Assembly (NCBI GenBank): GCA_002295635.1
Contig: DBHK01000017.1
Coordinates: 25,396 to 89,395 of the forward strand
Direction of reading: 5' to 3'
Source: Alphaproteobacteria bacterium UBA830
Lineage (GTDB): Bacteria; Pseudomonadota; Alphaproteobacteria; MPNO01; UBA830
Length of the DNA: 64,000 bases
Both the position numbers and the translations under genes were made by a program. Shown one piece after another: positions 62,615 to 64,000 of the stretch (positions within the stretch are counted from its first letter, which is position 1; each line of letters begins with the position of its first letter). The notes beneath the pieces were generated by a model, which made no database searches, was not told where the DNA came from, and was given only the letters and a program-made list of their open reading frames with translations.

Positions 62615-63364
62615 TTATAGAAGTGAGAGTTTTATTTTATCAAAATCAACGATAGATTGGTTAGTCCCACTAGCACTACCGGGTCTATAAATTCCAAACT
62701 TAAAGTGGGGAATACCGCATTTTGGAATAGTAAAACGAATTTTGTCAAAGATAGTTTTCTGGTTGAGTTCTAGAGAAATTTTTGGGAACGCATTGGTGCT
62801 AAATTTTAGAACTATGTCACTCCATTTACCCAGTAGGTCCGTGATTTTAACACTAGAAATGTGATTAGAACTCCTCTCCCCACTTGGTTTGATGGCAGAT
62901 AGCATTAACACCCCATCATTAAATTTTATGATAATCGGAGGGCGGCAGCACGAACGACTACTGCAAGAGTGTATTTGCCAGAAAGCCTCTCGGTTCCCGT
63001 CATAACCCTCCATAAACCGAGCGTGGAACTCTAACTTATAGCCTACACCCCTTTTTAGAGAATCGACTTGTTTCAGTTCTGCACGTTCCCAATATGGGGC
63101 TTTATTTCTGGCGTTCCTATCACTAGAGCACCTACCATAGTGTTTAGTATCCAAACGGAAGCGGATGAACTTATTTTCACCTTCTTTGATCCACTGAACT
63201 GATCGATTTGTGGGCAGACCGCAGTTGTCATAGAATTCTAAGTTCCAGTCATGGTCAGTGTATTTTCTCCCCTTATCAGTTGGTTCGAAAACGTTCTCGC
63301 CTGACCCGTGGCACCCCGAAAGTATCAAGGCCACTAATAATAGGGCTGGTAGCAGTCTTTTCAT
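62615..63364 (-). CDS. polysaccharide lyase-like (heparin lyase I/Polysacc_lyase beta-jelly-roll) lipoprotein
   Basis: Lipobox LSGC, ERAELK, FWQIH, W..I.., HFKFGIYR, VDFD.I. Confidence 0.7.
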   Translation of the reverse strand: MKRLLPALLLVALILSGCHGSGENVFEPTDKGRKYTDHDWNLEFYDNCGLPTNRSVQWIKEGENKFIRFRLDTKHYGRCSSDRNARNKAPYWERAELKQVDSLKRGVGYKLEFHARFMEGYDGNREAFWQIHSCSSRSCCRPPIIIKFNDGVLMLSAIKPSGERSSNHISSVKITDLLGKWSDIVLKFSTNAFPKISLELNQKTIFDKIRFTIPKCGIPHFKFGIYRPGSASGTNQSIVDFDKIKLSLL

Positions 63365-63435
63365 GTCCGCGTAACAATCCGACTCGGATCAGGAAGTCCG
63401 CAATAAATCGCCTGAGATTTGACTCGCCAAATCTC

Positions 63436-63999
63436 TCACTCGATACCGAAAAATATTACGGGGGCTGTGTGGTCATAAACACCACCCTTCATCTTTAAAG
63501 AAACCCTTTTTGCAACTTCACCCTCATAGATGGAATGATGTCGACCTTGGATTTCGACAGATCCAGTAAATACGCGAAACATTGATTGATCCTTGTTCCG
63601 AATTTTCATCAGTAACGGTTGATAAGGGTCCGGCGATAGCATGATGTTCAGTTTACTGAACTCACTTTTAAAGGAAGGAAAGTAATCAGTCGTCTTCAGA
63701 GACATTCGGTAAGGGTAGCGTTTTTTGAGTGTGCGGTTGGCGGTCTTCTTTATGTGGATTGCCCAGGGATGCTTTCCATCCAACCTCAGATCATTCCCCG
63801 ACAGGAGAGGTATATTTCCCAAAACTTTAATCTGCATCCCCATCATAGATTTTGAAATTTCAAAATCTTCCACATCGACATAATTTTCAATTATCCGTTC
63901 ATATCTTTTTACTTGAGCGCGGGTACTCGCGTCGTCACCGATCACTTGGATGACTGCTGAAAATGGAACAGTGATTAACTTTCCCGACATACTTTTTTT
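63436..63999 (-). CDS. hypothetical protein, probably 5'-truncated by window edge
   Basis: At least 184-aa ORF with the frame open to the window end; no motif recognised. Confidence 0.55.
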   Translation of the reverse strand, partial: KKSMSGKLITVPFSAVIQVIGDDASTRAQVKRYERIIENYVDVEDFEISKSMMGMQIKVLGNIPLLSGNDLRLDGKHPWAIHIKKTANRTLKKRYPYRMSLKTTDYFPSFKSEFSKLNIMLSPDPYQPLLMKIRNKDQSMFRVFTGSVEIQGRHHSIYEGEVAKRVSLKMKGGVYDHTAPVIFFGIE

Positions 64000-64000
64000 T

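Noticed and set aside
1-64000. tRNA, rRNA, CRISPR arrays, IS elements, integrases, defence systems
   Set aside because: I found no T-loop/cloverleaf, regularly spaced repeats, terminal inverted repeats or relevant protein motifs by eye. Short degenerate elements could have been missed.

Overview
This is a 64 kb chromosomal backbone segment of an alphaproteobacterium (Rhodospirillales-like gene order, probably marine) with about 55 CDS, mostly conserved core genes: glnE, yhdP-like, tyrS, anmK, prfB (with its programmed +1 frameshift), mrcA, amiC, rne, bepA-like M48, ornithine decarboxylase, aroQ-accB-accC-aat, NDUFA12-mlaD-DUF2155, clpS-clpA, galU-ugd-pgm, purSQL, bolA-grxD, rpsD, trmJ, cimA, nadE, class II DAHP synthase, gor and gabD. 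An AT-richer accessory stretch begins after about 61.5 kb. I saw no rRNA, tRNA, CRISPR array, transposase or phage gene. The best leads for undescribed biology are: (1) an operon of a VWA/MIDAS protein and a membrane Pam18/Tim14-like J-protein; (2) a FemAB-like GNAT lying between aat and clpSA, possibly an N-degron component; (3) a shortened gamma-glutamyltransferase-fold lipoprotein lacking the catalytic Thr, head-to-head with bepA; (4) a hairpin-dense leader with alternative pairings upstream of ornithine decarboxylase; (5) an aroQ whose conserved N-terminus can only be made from a non-canonical ATT start. A decayed esterase pseudogene that the ORF track misses sits at 35.6-36.4 kb. All family assignments come from motif recognition by eye; no database searches were run.
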